Assembly: GCF_009914755.1 (NCBI RefSeq)
Contig: NC_060928.1
Source: the human T2T-CHM13v2.0 reference genome, Homo sapiens
Direction: 5' to 3' (one strand)
DNA length: 64,000 nucleotides
The position numbers and the translations under genes are program-made. Positions 11,146 through 24,358 of this stretch are shown piece by piece; positions within the stretch are counted from its first letter, which is position 1, and every line of letters starts with the position of its first letter. The notes beneath the pieces were generated by a model that searched no databases, was not told the origin of the DNA, and was given only the letters and a program-made list of their open reading frames with translations.

Positions 11146-13979
11146 ATTTAAATACATTGTCATTTGATTGAGAATAACGCTATAAATATCCCTTGGGTAA
11201 ATTCAACTCTGGAAAAATTGGTCATCAAGTTTCTAGATCTCTTAATAAGGGAGATAAACATGCTCTGGAAGCCCACAAAATTACAGCAACCCAGGATATT
11301 TGGAAAGAACAGTCTGCCAAATCCTTAACCAATTAAGTTTTCGAGAGAGATGGTGAGCCTCCAACCACCGAAATTATCATCTTGCTGTAGTTATGATAAA
11401 TATTATATGAAGAAGGAAAAATTACATGCACATACACTACAAGGTGGGGCATGAAGTAATTATCTGGAAATTCAATTGAGTGATGTTCTATATAAAAGGT
11501 TTTTTACTATCTTTAAAATTAATTAGTCTGTCATTACTCTGCCCTTTGTATGGAAGAGCTCAGGCTGGAGATTTGCTCCCATTCAGGGTCCCTTTCTTCT
11601 CTGCGTTACCCCCTCCCATACAAGTAATAACTGTCTGTCTTCAAGCCACCTGACTGTCTCTGCAGCTTCTACAATTGATCTTTTCTTCATCATTGCTATA
11701 GAAGGGATATGACCTCTACCCTGATGTCCAAGGAATATTGTTATTGTCTCCTTCTATTTCCTGTTTCTGTTCTTTGAGTCCTATAGTAACAGTATATGAT
11801 TCTTATGCAGCACTAAACACACCTAATCAAATAACAGGTATGTTTTAAAACACAATCAATGGATGGATAAAATAACCTCACTTTTCAAGAATTGTCTTTT
11901 AGCCAATGTTTTCTTAGTTCCTCCATAAAAACAGCATTCTCCATTCAGCAGCTCCTTGGGAGAGAAGGGGTCACCATGCCTTGCATTGTTAAATTCACTG
12001 CAGATTCTTTTGCTGTCTTTTACCAAGAGCAAATTTCTTTAAATGTCTGTGTTAACCAATTGGCTGGCTTACAGCAGGTTGCCTGGCTAAGATAAATTTT
12101 TCAGGCTTAGTCACTAACCTCTGTTACTTTCCCTCATAATCTGGCCCTACCACAAGATTTTTTTCAATTGATAAATAATATATCTAGATTTTTTCCAAAA
12201 GCCTACTACTTTATTTTTGTTATAAAATTTATGGAAATATGCAAAAACAGAGCTTTTAAAAATCATAGCCAATTTTATTTACATTATTTCCCAACAGTGC
12301 ACGTCCTTTACAGGCTAGTAATGAATACCTGTCAAAATATTTTTGTACCTCTTTATTTCTATTCACGGAGAGAAGATATAACTGCATGGATGTGCTTTAC
12401 TCTCCCTAAGGGAAATGTGATGCCCAAGTGAGGAAAAAATATTTTCTCCAAGAAGAGACATTCTACATAAGAAGCTCAGCTATAATTTAAGCCTTACCAA
12501 AGAGTTTATATTATTTTTAAAATCTTTTTCATAAAAATGGAAAGTAAACCTAACAAAGAAATCCATGCATAGTTTTAAACCTTATTACTTGTTTTTGTTT
12601 AACTAATTATTACTGTCTTTTTTTCTATTAGGGACGTTGGTTATTTCTAGTCCTTGTTTAAATATCTAGAAGGAATAGACTACAGAACTCTTGGATATTT
12701 TTGTTCTTCCATTTCTCAGAAGTTTTCCCACAAGTGAAATAACAGAAAGGACTCAATTTTTTTCAAAAGCACAACATCTCCAGAAAAACAGAGCTCCCTC
12801 ACTACTTATAAAGGACCAGCTTTGTGCCAGTCACTGGGTTGAGCTTTCTGGACATAAAACTTAGTACACTTGATCCTTGCTCACGGTCTAGTGGAAAAGA
12901 CCCAACTCAGCTCTGATAAAACGTCAGGCATGTCCCAGTATCATTTCCAAATTCCTGTTGGAGCACAAAAGGAGAAGCTCTTATTCTTCCCAGGGGGCTG
13001 AGAGGCAAGACAACCAGTAGTGAAGTTTCTTTGCTTTGGAGAATGAGTATAATTTTGCCAAGCAGGGGGACAGTGCTTCTCAAACACAGACTCAAAAAGA
13101 AAAATGTTAAGAAGGAGTAAATGAAGGGAGGTAGGAATGGAAGAAGGGAGGTAGAAGAAAGAATTTTTATTTCATCCAAGTTGTCTACTCATTGAACTAT
13201 TCATTGAAGGCTGATTTTCCCTACTAAAATCACATGATTGGAATGTGAAAAACATGTCAAACTGATCATTAGGCATCACCTAATCAACAGAAAATATTTT
13301 CGGAGAAAACAGTATTTAAACAAAGCCTACTTTTATTTCAGCGAAACACAATCAACCTGATGTTCGATAGATTTTGATAAAGCTTCCCTCACAGGATGAT
13401 CTTGCAAGGTATCCCAACACTCTCAAAAGACAAGTGGGCTGAGCAAAAGTGAATGAGAAGATGATGTACTGGAGCTGCTCTCCGTACCCCTGGAGGCTCT
13501 GCCTTTCACCCCTGATGTCTCCTCTGACTCATAGCATCAAAATAATTCAAGTTTGATTATATTTGTAACTTCAAGAATACCTTAAAGACTCAGAACCCAA
13601 GTACTTTATGATCAAGTACTTATGACAACCAGAATCAGTCTTACATAAGCAGCTTAGCATAGCATCTCAAAACTTTGATATTTACACTGGTGGGAAGGGG
13701 AATGTAATAAGATGAGATTGAAAAGAATTGGATTGGTTTGGCGTTTAAACATCCTTGATTATATGCCACTGCCTCAGTTACATCTCCTGACCTCAGTGAG
13801 CAGAACAGTAGGAAAGTCAGCCATACAATTACCCAGTCAACATCCTCCACTTGACAAGGTTGAATGGGAAGGTTGTGCATAATGGTGATATCCACATTTC
13901 CATTAACTTTCTGGGGTTATCACTTCAGTAAACAGAGACAAAAGCCCTCACAGAAGCTACTGAGCATTATTTAAATAAG

Positions 13980-14788
13980 AATTTTGGTAATTGTGGAAGT
14001 AATATATGATCATTGAAGAAATTTGGGAAAATGTATAAAAGAATAAAGGAAAAAAACAAATATCCAGAGATATTAAGGAAACTGCAGAAAGATCAGTGTC
14101 TTGTTTTTTTCATTACAGAACATCATTATTTGGAAATATAATTTTAATAACTTATAGTCATAGATTACATTCTGTAATCTATGTATCACACTCTCCTGAT
14201 TTTTAAAAATTAGGGCCAGATCCAATATTTGCTATAATAATTTGTGCCAAAGTAAATGCCCTTATTTATTTACCTTTGTCTGTACCTCTCCTTATTTCTT
14301 TGTGATAGATTCCTAAAAGGTAAATTACTGAGTAAAAAATGGAAAAATTTACTCTTCTTGATACATATGGACAAACTGCTTTAAAAAGCGTGTACCAGTT
14401 AATGCTTCAATCAGCAGAGAACAGTATCAGTCTGTGCATACCCTTATTAGCATTGAACAGCACCATGGTGAATCTTTGCCAATTTGATAAATGAGAATTT
14501 ATAACTCATTTACATATGCATTGCTGTGATTATTAGTGAATTATACATTTTGTTACAGTTATTCACCACTGGTATTTCAGATATGTCGTTTTGCCAGTTT
14601 TTAGGGTCTTTTTATTTTAATCTTGATTTATAAGAATTTTGTATATTAGGAATTATAACATTCATATTTATTATAGATATTTCAGTTTTTAATTTGTCAA
14701 ATTTTTATTGTAATGAAAGGTGAAATATAGAATAATTTTATATAAATAATCAAATATGTTCATGTTTTTAAGTTGACTTTTCAGATAT
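13980..14788 (-). mobile_element. Ancient L1ME-type fragment
   Basis: gatagattcctaaaaggtaaattactgagt...tgtaccagtt...tttgccaatttgataaatgagaa... is degenerate L1 ORF2 end/3'UTR in reverse. Confidence 0.65.
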
Positions 14789-15104
14789 TTTCTTTTTCTT
14801 TTTCTTTTTCTATTTTTTTTGAGATGGAGCCTTGTGCTTGTCACCCAGGCTGGAGTGAAATGGCACGATCTTGGCTCTTCGCAACCTCTGCCTCCTGGGT
14901 TCAAATGATTCTCCTGCCTCAGCCTCTCGAATAGCTGGGATTACAGGCTCCCATCACCACACCTGGTTAATTTTTTGTATTTTTAGTAGAGACAAGGTTT
15001 CACCATGTTGGACAGACTGGTCTCAAACTCCTGACCTCAAGTGATCCATCTGGCTCGGCCTCCCAAAGTGCTGGGATTAAAGGCATGAGCCACCACACCC
15101 GGCC
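14789..15104 (-). mobile_element. AluSx/Sz
   Basis: Full Alu in reverse with (TTTTTC)n tail; TSD tcagatat at 14781-14788 and 15105-15112. Confidence 0.96.
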
Positions 15105-16572
15105 TCAGATATGTTATAAATGGAAAACTTTTCCCTATTTTGAATCAGATTTTAAAAACAGGAAGTAAAAATATAATAACATTTTTACTCATATTCTTTG
15201 AACGAGTGAGGCTCAGTAGTTTTTTCATTTAACAAGATTTTAACACATTAGCATTATTGTCATAATTGAACTGTTTGGTCTTATGATATCTCGTTTTATG
15301 CTTTCACTTTCTGGGCTTTTTTGCTATTTTGGGGAGTTCCTAAAGGATTTTTTACTCTCTAATCATTCAAAAGTTTCAAATCCTGTTGTTGTTGTTTTTT
15401 CTTATAGATTTTTACCATTAAACTATTCCCAAACTTTCTTTCGTCGATATTCAAAGATCAATATCACTGAAAATGAAATAGCTTTTTTTTCCCCAACCCA
15501 CCATATATCCTAGAGACTTTTGCCTACTTTAAATTCCCTCTCCATCCAATCTTAATTTTCAGTATACCTTAAAACAAATTGGGGTTGATATTCTTATATA
15601 TAACTTTTGTTTCAAGAATTATATTTATATTCAGTTTTGCAAATTTATCTATAATATGAAAAATTCACAGAATAATTATGACAAGAAATTACACTGATCA
15701 GGGAGAATTTGTTTGATTAGATATTATTTTATATTTTTAAAGTATCAGTTTTTTTAAACGTTTGTACTGATACTTTTAAAAGTTCAGATTGAATACATAT
15801 TCTTTTTTAAATCTTTTATCAGTTTTATCTCATTGCTTCACAAACCCCAGCTGGCAACCAAGCTTAGCTGGGATGCTAGGCTACTGATGGTTTATAATAT
15901 AGTCTTTGTGCCACCCAAACACAAGATATAAAGTGCAAATGCTCAAGAGCAACACATGAACAGTCAGGACATGATCTGTCTTTCCATTCAAGAGTTTGAG
16001 GCTCTCAAAACCCACACCACATAATCCTTTCTTAAGATTTAACACCTGCAGTTTTTAGAAATTAAAGTTATGTTTTCATTGTGCTTTTTCTGAATTCTCT
16101 TAGCTCTGTATACCTTTGCCTCTCCATAAAAGATCCTTGCAATCTAAAAGTCATAACAATTTATTACTTCCTTCCGGGGGAAAGAGTTTGGTATTATTTG
16201 TTATTACATAAAGGGCAAGCTATGGAAAGAGTGACTGTATTTCCAAATATAATTTCAGGTGCACCTTGCTTTACTTAATAGATTTATTCCTGACCAGCAA
16301 TATAAATTGAATTTGTATAAATCAAGTTAAATGTTAAATGCACTAAGGAAGCTTGTTAATTTAAATTCATCATATGATTAATCCTTTTATAAAAGTATTA
16401 TTAATACCTTTTTTGCATGTTCTACACATATGAACTTTCAAATATTAAGGTCACTTAGTTCTAAACCAATGTGTCCTTCCTTTTTTATAATATGTTACAT
16501 TTTACCAATGAAAAGCATAGTAATTCCCCTAAATAAAAGCAAGAAACAATTATATTACATCAAGTCTTTTTG

Positions 16573-16618
16573 GTTTTTTGTTTGTTTGTTTGTTTTTTGT
16601 TTTTTTTTGTTTGTTTTG
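16573..16618. repeat. (TTTG)n / T-rich simple repeat
   Basis: gttttttgtttgtttgtttgttttttgtttttttttgtttgtttt. Confidence 0.85.
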
Positions 16619-16974
16619 GTTAAAGAAGTTTTTGACTATCAAGACGGGGAGAAAGTGAGTATTGATTTAAATATGAAAGAAAAAGAATCCAGATAAGAAG
16701 GTCTTTAGGGAAGTTATAAGGAGATGAGGGATGGGATGGAATATTTTACCCAAGTAATGCATGAAATGAATACATCAAGTCCTAAAGGGGTATGAAAGGC
16801 ATAGCTGTGGAAACTATACCAAATCAACTATCAAACATGTCAAACAACAGAGCTAGATAAAGGATAGAAGATAAAACATAGAGCCAACATGAGCATTTAA
16901 ACTGAGAAACCAGGAAAAGTGAACATGAAGAATGATAAACCACAGGCGGATAGGTAGGTGTTATTCAGAATAGT

Positions 16975-17170
16975 CAAACAGAGCAATGAATTAACTATAG
17001 CTACGCAAAGCAGAATGGAAGGACCCCAAAACAACATCGAATGAGAAAAGAACATTCACAGAAGCCTATATGCAGCATGCTTCCATTTATTTGTGTAAAA
17101 TATACAATATTTAGCATGATTGTTTAGAAACAAAATCATATATGCTGAGGCATAAAGGAAAGCAAGAGTG
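16975..17170 (+). mobile_element. Old L1 (L1ME/MD) 3'UTR fragment
   Basis: aatgaattaactatagctacgcaaagcagaatgga...tatatgcagcatgcttccatttat. Confidence 0.55.
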
Positions 17171-17179
17171 AGGGAAATT

Positions 17180-18515
17180 TTACTTCTAATAATGGTATAT
17201 TAAGTAATGACATATTAGTTATCCCACTGATAAGGTACTTAGAAAAACTGGAAAATAGTATGTAAATTTTCAACTGGAGAACATTGGCACACTAGCAATT
17301 TAAACAAGTATTACTGTAAGAAGATGGAAATCCAGACAGAGGAGTGCAAAACTTGGGGCTTATATCAATAAAGGATCTGACAAGAAAGACCTGGCACATT
17401 CAAGTGACATAACTGAGAAACAATCAGTGAAGGTACAATTCATAAGTGTGTGGATAGGATTAAGAGAAACAGTGAGAGATGAGGAAATGCCTCAGGACTA
17501 ACAACAAGTTGTTTGGTTGCCATTCCCAGCCTTAACACTAAAGGGGCAAGGAAAGGAAGGAGTTACAGAGCTGAGAGAGAGCTGTGGGAAAGGGCTGCCT
17601 AGCAGGAGTTTGGGGCTTTAGTCAAATGCAGCCACTACTAATTTAGGAGCCAGCTTAGAGGTGCTGATGGAATAAACCCTGCTCTCACATCCCCTCCATC
17701 CTTCTGTTGGCTGATGGTGCCCCCATTGACCAAACCCAACCAGAATCCAGAGGAAAAGGAAGCTCACTGATGCTTCCACTTTTCAGGACAAAAGGTAGAG
17801 TGGAAAGAAGTGGGAAGTGGCTCTGGAAGAGCAAATACAGAATAGCCAGCACGGTAGATCTGAAAGAGCTTGAACAAGTTTTTAGGTGGCCTCAAGGGCT
17901 AGAGGGACAAAAGTTTCTGGGAAGAATCTGATAACTTCCATATGGTTTTGGTTTGGACTCTTAATGGTTGCATTTAGAAACAAAGGTGAAACAGAAGTAA
18001 GCCATTTCTTGCCTGGCCTGCATGCCAGCTTTGTGTCAGCTGGGTGGCCTAGAAAACCTAAATCACTGAAACTGGATTAAGTTCCAGACTGACAGTTTTC
18101 TAGGCACTGAGAGAAGAAAATGTAAATTCCCTCTCATGTAAGATCACATTTTACTAGGTTTCAACTTATTTATATAAACTGGTCTTTGAATATAATGTTA
18201 AGCACACAGTCCATGGTAATCATACGAATGAGGAAATAAAACAATATAAAAAAGAAACAACAGAAATACTAGCCAACAGAGGCAGATCCACAAATACTCC
18301 AGCTATTGGGAACTATCAGGCATAGGCTTTAAACATAGACATGCTTAAAATAGTCGTTAAGATAAAGAGAAGATTGAAAATAAAAACTCAGAGAACAGGT
18401 AATGCTGAAAATGGACAGAAATTTGAAAAAGAATCATGTAGAAATTCTAAAACTTAAAAATACAATAATTACAATTAAGAATGAGACAAACAGCGCATTA
18501 AACACAACTGAACCT
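17180..18515 (+). mobile_element. Old L1M 5'UTR/ORF1 fragment, interrupted by LTR33
   Basis: A-rich ORF1-like gtagaaattctaaaacttaaaaatacaataattacaattaag...cattaaacacaactgaa. Confidence 0.6.
17361..17853 (-). mobile_element. LTR33 (ERVL) solo LTR
   Basis: cccattgaccaaacccaaccagaatccagagg...gtggctctggaagagcaaatacagaatagccagcac matches LTR33 in reverse. Confidence 0.75.
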
Positions 18516-18660
18516 CGCATTAAACACAACTGAACCTCATTATTAGGGATAGCCCCCCGTTCCAAGTTGGTCCCTTTCTTGCCTCTTCTCCTTCAATTCA
18601 TGCCTTTGGCCTCCAGGGGGAGCTACTAATGACTACACGACTGAAGAAGACATTGAGCCT

Positions 18661-18966
<306 letters not shown>

Positions 18967-20196
18967 GTTGAGCCTGCTTTACAAATGCATCTGTCTATGT
19001 AATATTTAGGTACCACCACAAAGTGGACAACTACAGTGCTGTATTTCCCCTCAGGGGTGACCCTGAAAGGCAGTGCGAGAAGGGAAATCCTCTCCTTGGG
19101 CAGAACTTCAAGCAGTACGTTATTATTCCACTTTGTCTGAAGTGAGAGATGGCCAGAAATACAGATCCACAAATCATTCATGGAAAGTTGACGATAGTTT
19201 TTCTGCTTAGAGATTTGGAAGGAATAAGATTGGAAAACTGGTGCCAAAGAATTCTGAGAAATAGCTATATGAATGGAAATGTTAAAATGGACACAAACTG
19301 TGAGGATATTTGTGCCCCTTGTGAATGTCCACAAATGAGTTCCTACTGCAGAGTAGGCTCTTAATTAGGTGGATGAAATGATGTGTTTAGTGGGTGTGAG
19401 TAAGCCTTTTTCCCAAGACACAGTGCCTTCTCAATGGGCCCAGGAACAAAGTGGCCACGGTGGCAGGGATGAAGGTTATGCTTGTGTTAAGCAAGGCTGA
19501 CCTGGCTAATGCTACTGATGCTTGTCTAATCTGCCAAAACTGGTGACCAACACTGAATCCCCAATATGGTAGCATTGCCAGGGATGGGGAGGACTAGCCG
19601 GCAACCTAGTAGCAGATTGATTACATTGGACTGCTTCCATCATGGAGGGGGCACAGATTCATTCTCACTGAAATAGACACACATTCTGGCAATAGATTTG
19701 CCTTTCCTGACAGTAAGGCTTCTACCAGAACTACCACCGAGGGAGTTACAGAATGAATTAGATGAGACCACTACCTGGCCGTTGGGACTCTGTATGCTAC
19801 TGACAAAATAGGCAGGAAAGTTAACTCTACTCCTAGAGTGATTGATTCTAATTTCCAAGCAGAAATCAGGTTGTTGTTTCTACACAACAAAAAAAAATGT
19901 GGACTACACCTAGAACCCAGGCATTGCTAGGACACCTTTTAGTAGTTCTACATCCAGTAGTAAAAGTTAATGGAAAACTACAGTAAGCTAAAAAAAATAA
20001 AATAAAATAAAAAAGGGCGGACAACTGATCATTCAGACCCTTCAAAAATGAAGATTTGGGTCACTCTACTACAGACCAAGAACCCTGGCCAGATGAAGTT
20101 CTGGCTAAGAGGAAGGGAAATAGGTAGTGGGTAGTAGAAGAAAGAAGCCAAAGATATTAACTACAGCCTCATGAGCAATTACAGAAATGAAGACTC

Positions 20197-21265
20197 CTGT
20201 AGTCCCCCTTATGCATCAGGGATATGTGCCAAGACCCCCAGTGGATGCCTAAAACCACAGATAGTAGAAAATCCAATTGCCACTGGTTGGAATATGTCTC
20301 TGTTCATGTCTTCCACTCACAAATTTAATTCCTTTTCCTTATTAACTAAGCACTTATCACTCACTATGGCTAGAATTTTTGCAGTGCATTAGTCTGTTTT
20401 CACGCTGCTGATAAAAACTTACCTGAGACTGGGCAATTTACAAAAGAAAGAGGTTTAATGGACTTAGGGATCCACATGGTTGGGGAGGCCTCATGATCAT
20501 GGCAGAAGGCAAGGAGGAGCAAGTCACGTCTTACATGGGTGTCAGCAGGCAAAGAGAGAGAGTTTGTGCAGGGGAACTCCCCCTTGCAGAACCATCAGAT
20601 CTCATGAGACTTATTTATTAACATGAGAACAGCATGGGAAAGACCTGTCCCCATGATTCAATTACCTCCCACCAGGTCCCTCCCACAACACGTGGGAATT
20701 CAAGATGACATTTGGGTGGGGACACAGCCAAACCCTATCAAGGTGCAACAGCAAAACTAGGATGAATTTCCTTCTTCACGATTTCACAGATTTGTTCTTA
20801 CTGTTGATCTTAGCAACCTTAGCATACAATTTTTTTCTTTTCTTATTAAGTCAACAACCTTCATCTTTTCACTTAAAGTAAGCACTTTAAGACTTCTCTT
20901 TGGCATATCCAAATTGCATGCATCAATACTCTTGCACTTTGGAGCCACTATTAGGTAAAATAAGGATTACTTGAACAGAAGCACTGCGATACCATGACAG
21001 TCAATCTGATAACAAAGACAGCTACTAAGTGACTAACAGGCAGATAGTATAGACAGTATAGATACACTGGACAAAGGGATGATTCACTTTTAGGCCAAGA
21101 CGGAGCAGAAAGGCATGAAATTTAATCATGCTAGTCAAAAAGTATACAATTTGAAAATTTTACATTGTGTATTTCTGGATTTTTTCCATTAGTATTTTGA
21201 ACCACAATTGATTACAGTTAACTGAAACCACAGAAAGCAAAACAGCAGGTAAAAGAATACTGCTA
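20197..21265 (-). mobile_element. MER44 (C/D-type, Tigger7 derivative), split by a THE1 LTR
   Basis: Ends ctgtagtcccccttat...gacccccagtggatgcct and ...gtaactgaaaccacagaaagcaaaac; same terminal motifs as the MER44A at 993. Confidence 0.75.
20385..20740 (-). mobile_element. THE1B-type solo LTR
   Basis: tgcattagtctgttttcacgctgctgata...ggggacacagccaaaccctatca. Confidence 0.92.
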
Positions 21266-21344
21266 TATAGTAGTTTTTCATATTTTCCCTTTGCTTGTGA
21301 TATGAATGAGTTTATTTGTATTTGCTAATCTTTTCTTATTAGAA

Positions 21345-21677
21345 GTCCCAGTCCATGGTATCCTGCCCACTAACCAACTGTGGACCAGCTTAGACCCAAG
21401 GTGATCCAAAGACTTTCATGACCAGCCAGTAGGCTGCAGCAATATGCTTTTCAAGACTAAATTCTAGTCTTGGGTGGGGCAAAGGGCAGAGGGATGCAGT
21501 CTACCAAATGTGTTCTTCCTTGGATTCTCTCCCTCAGCCCTAGGGTAAGCTTTAGAACTCTCTTTTATTCTCTCCTAGTAGCTAATCCTCTATAAATAGT
21601 TTATGCTTGATATTTAATCTTCACTATTCAATTTACTGCACACTTTCTGTCTCTAGATTGGACCCTGGCTTATTCAA
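21345..21677 (+). mobile_element. Old ERVL LTR fragment (possibly the 3' LTR of the adjacent ERVL)
   Basis: Ends ...ctttctgtctctagattggaccctggcttattca, resembling ERVL LTR 3' termini (ggaccctgactgataca). Confidence 0.4.
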
Positions 21678-21679
21678 AA

Positions 21680-22230
21680 GCAAATGAAGTAAACACTCTA
21701 ATTAAGATACAAAAATTACCAGGCTTAATTATTTAAACATAACATATGCTATTTTTAACATAAATATCTAAAGCTTAAGAATACAGAAAAGTTAAAATAT
21801 ATCATGTAAAAGAAAGCTGGAGTAGTCATGTCAGTATCATATAAATTGGACTTTAACACAAATGCATTTCTAGAGACAAAAAGGGGCATGTTACAATAAT
21901 CAAAATTTCAATTTGCTTGAAAGATACTTCACTTTTTATTCACTTAAAATAGCATGGTCACAAATATATATACAACTAAAACAAACCCACAACAAATGGA
22001 ATACATCTCTCAGTAATTAATAAGACAAGCAGACAAAGAATTCAATAGGGACGTGGAAAACTTGTACAGAATGAAAAAAACTGATCAAATAGACACTGCA
22101 TACAACATCTGCACAATATATATGCCTTTTAGCAGCAAAATGGAATATATATATTTTTTTAGTTGACCAAGTTCTGGAGCAAAAAGCAAAACTCAACACA
22201 GTTTAGCGGTTTTAAAATACACAGCTTGTT
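21680..22230 (+). mobile_element. Old L1M ORF2 endonuclease-region fragment
   Basis: aaagaaagctggagtagtcatgtcagtatcatataaattggacttt...agagacaaaaaggggcat is degenerate L1 EN (KKAGVAILISDKIDF...RDKEGH). Confidence 0.75.
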
Positions 22231-22292
22231 GCCTGCCAAATCGATCTATCATCTTCGGACCTCATGCTGAGATCCAGACCTGTGTATCCAAC

Positions 22293-22494
22293 CAACAATG
22301 TGCTGGAATGGTCTTGTAAGAGCGGACTGTGCCCATCTCTTCCCAACTCTGCATTGTTGACATCACATTGGTATTAAACTTGGACACGGTGGGAGTATCT
22401 GCTCCATGGAAATCAGCAAATGCTACAGAAAAAAATGAGCTTTCTTCTTTATTGTTTGAGAATAAGTGATTAAATATTTACCAGCACACCACCA
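22293..22494 (-). mobile_element. MER63A (hAT-Blackjack), complete
   Basis: TIR-like ends caacaatgtgctgg / ccagcacaccacca; perfect 8-bp TSD tatccaac at 22285-22292 and 22495-22502. Confidence 0.85.
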
Positions 22495-23219
22495 TATCCA
22501 ACCTATTTTGAACCATCTCCAAGTGGATGTTGCAATGGCATCTCAATCTCAGTATGTCTAAGCATATTATCTTCCTTCTCCAAGTATATGTACCCTATAT
22601 CTCGTTTCTAGTTAATGATATCACCAGCCATCTACTTATACAAACCAAAATCCCAGAATTTTTAACTCTCTTCTTCATTCCCACATTCAATCAATTATCA
22701 ATCCCCTACATTTTATGTTCAAAATGTATCTAAAATTTGTTCCCTCTTTTTCTTTCCTCCTACTACTGCTATAGCCAAAATAATCTATGATCTGTAATTT
22801 ACTTCCAAGATTAGTATATAAAATCTATAAAAACTAATTATGACTAGGCTCAACCAACCAGAGCAGAAGCCAGCTGTAGGGCAGGTCAGAGCCTTGAGAT
22901 ATCTAAATGCTAAATCAAGAGGTGGTCCTGGGTTCCTAGGGGTGCATCAGGTAGCCAGAGCTGTGGCAGTGGGTGACACTCAGGAGCTCAGGGCAGCAGC
23001 TATATAACAACTGGTAGGGTAGTATCTCAATATTGGAACAACTGGGAAGCCATCGTAGTGTGCACCAGCTGAGTATTTGTCCTGAACGTGGTATGCATAC
23101 CATGGAGACATACTGGATAGTTTAAAGAGGGACATAGATAAACTCTTTAAAAATAAATATGTATTTTACTGTGTTAAAAATATGACACACTGAGTCCAAA
23201 TTTAAAAATATACTTAATG

Positions 23220-23234
23220 TAGATAGATAGATAG

Positions 23235-23330
<96 letters not shown>
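23220..23330. repeat. Compound tetranucleotide STR (TAGA)4 (AGAT)11 GAT (AGAT)12
   Basis: Counted directly from the sequence. Confidence 0.97.
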
Positions 23331-23889
23331 CCCTTGACAAAAATTAAATGAATGACAGGAATTTGAAAGCCATGGTTCCCTGCCTCCACTTTCTCTTCTT
23401 TTCAAATGTCTCCTCCCGTGCTGCCAGAGTATTTTTCTCTAAACACAGATTTGGTCGTTTCAATTCCACAATTTAAATTGTTAGACACTTCTTCATTGTG
23501 TATGGAATAAATCCAAACTCCTTAACAAAGCGTACAGCAATCTTGCAAATATGGCATCATAAAATTCCTTTTACAATCTCACCAAAAACTCTATACTTTT
23601 AGCTACAGGTTTCCAAGTCTTTGTTTAGATTTTCTCCAGCTGGCAAATATAAACATGACACTGAAACCTCAGTGCAAATGCCACTTTTTCTCTGAAGCTT
23701 TCCTCAACATTTCACATAGAATTCACGGCACTTTTTCTTTTCTCCTGCTGCACTTTTTAAATACTATGACTTAGAAGGGACAGTACACTAACTTGAAGAT
23801 TCCTTTTTCATCGACCTGCCTTTGTAGAGGGGATTTTATTGCTCATTGACACCCTTCTCCAAAAGAATCAGCAAGAACAATTCGAATCC

Positions 23890-24358
23890 TGTATTAAAAA
23901 TGGCACAATCAAGCTATTATAACAAACGGGTTACAAAATACATAGGCCTAACAAGATAGAAATTTCTTTCTTTCTCATGCAACAACCCAGGAATGAATGG
24001 TCAAGGTGTAGAAGGGAAGCTCCACCATTCTCAACATGCTGCCTACATCTTTGCTTCTAAGGTGTATGGTCACTCTGGTCATCATGTCTGCATATAGCAA
24101 ACAAGAGACAGTCAAAGAAAAGTGCAAGCAGGCATCTTCATTTACAGGGCATTGTTTGCCAGTTGCACATATCACATCTGTTCACATCTCATTGCCCAGA
24201 ATTCAGTGAGATGGCCCTATCTAATCATAAAAGAGGCTCAGAAATTCCATCTGCACAGGTCAGCAATGTGCCCAGTCAAACCCTGAGAGGTGCTGTTACT
24301 AAAGGAAAAAGGAGAGAAATGGACACCGAACATAAATGATCAGTTGGTGCTTCCAACA
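23890..24358 (-). mobile_element. MLT1J-like MaLR LTR
   Basis: aacaagatagaaatttctttctttctcatg...gttgcacatatcacatctgttcacatctcattgcccagaattcagt... Confidence 0.7.

Larger units (their letters stand above)
22245..23800 (+). mobile_element. L2 fragments (about 22245-22800 and 23375-23800)
   Basis: gatccagacctgtgtatccaac...tggatgttgcaatggcatctcaatctcagtatgtctaa; gctgccagagtatttttct...aataaatccaaactccttaac. Confidence 0.7.

Noticed and set aside
23122-23405. Three ORFs with LSIY repeats
   Set aside because: Translation of the (GATA)n microsatellite.
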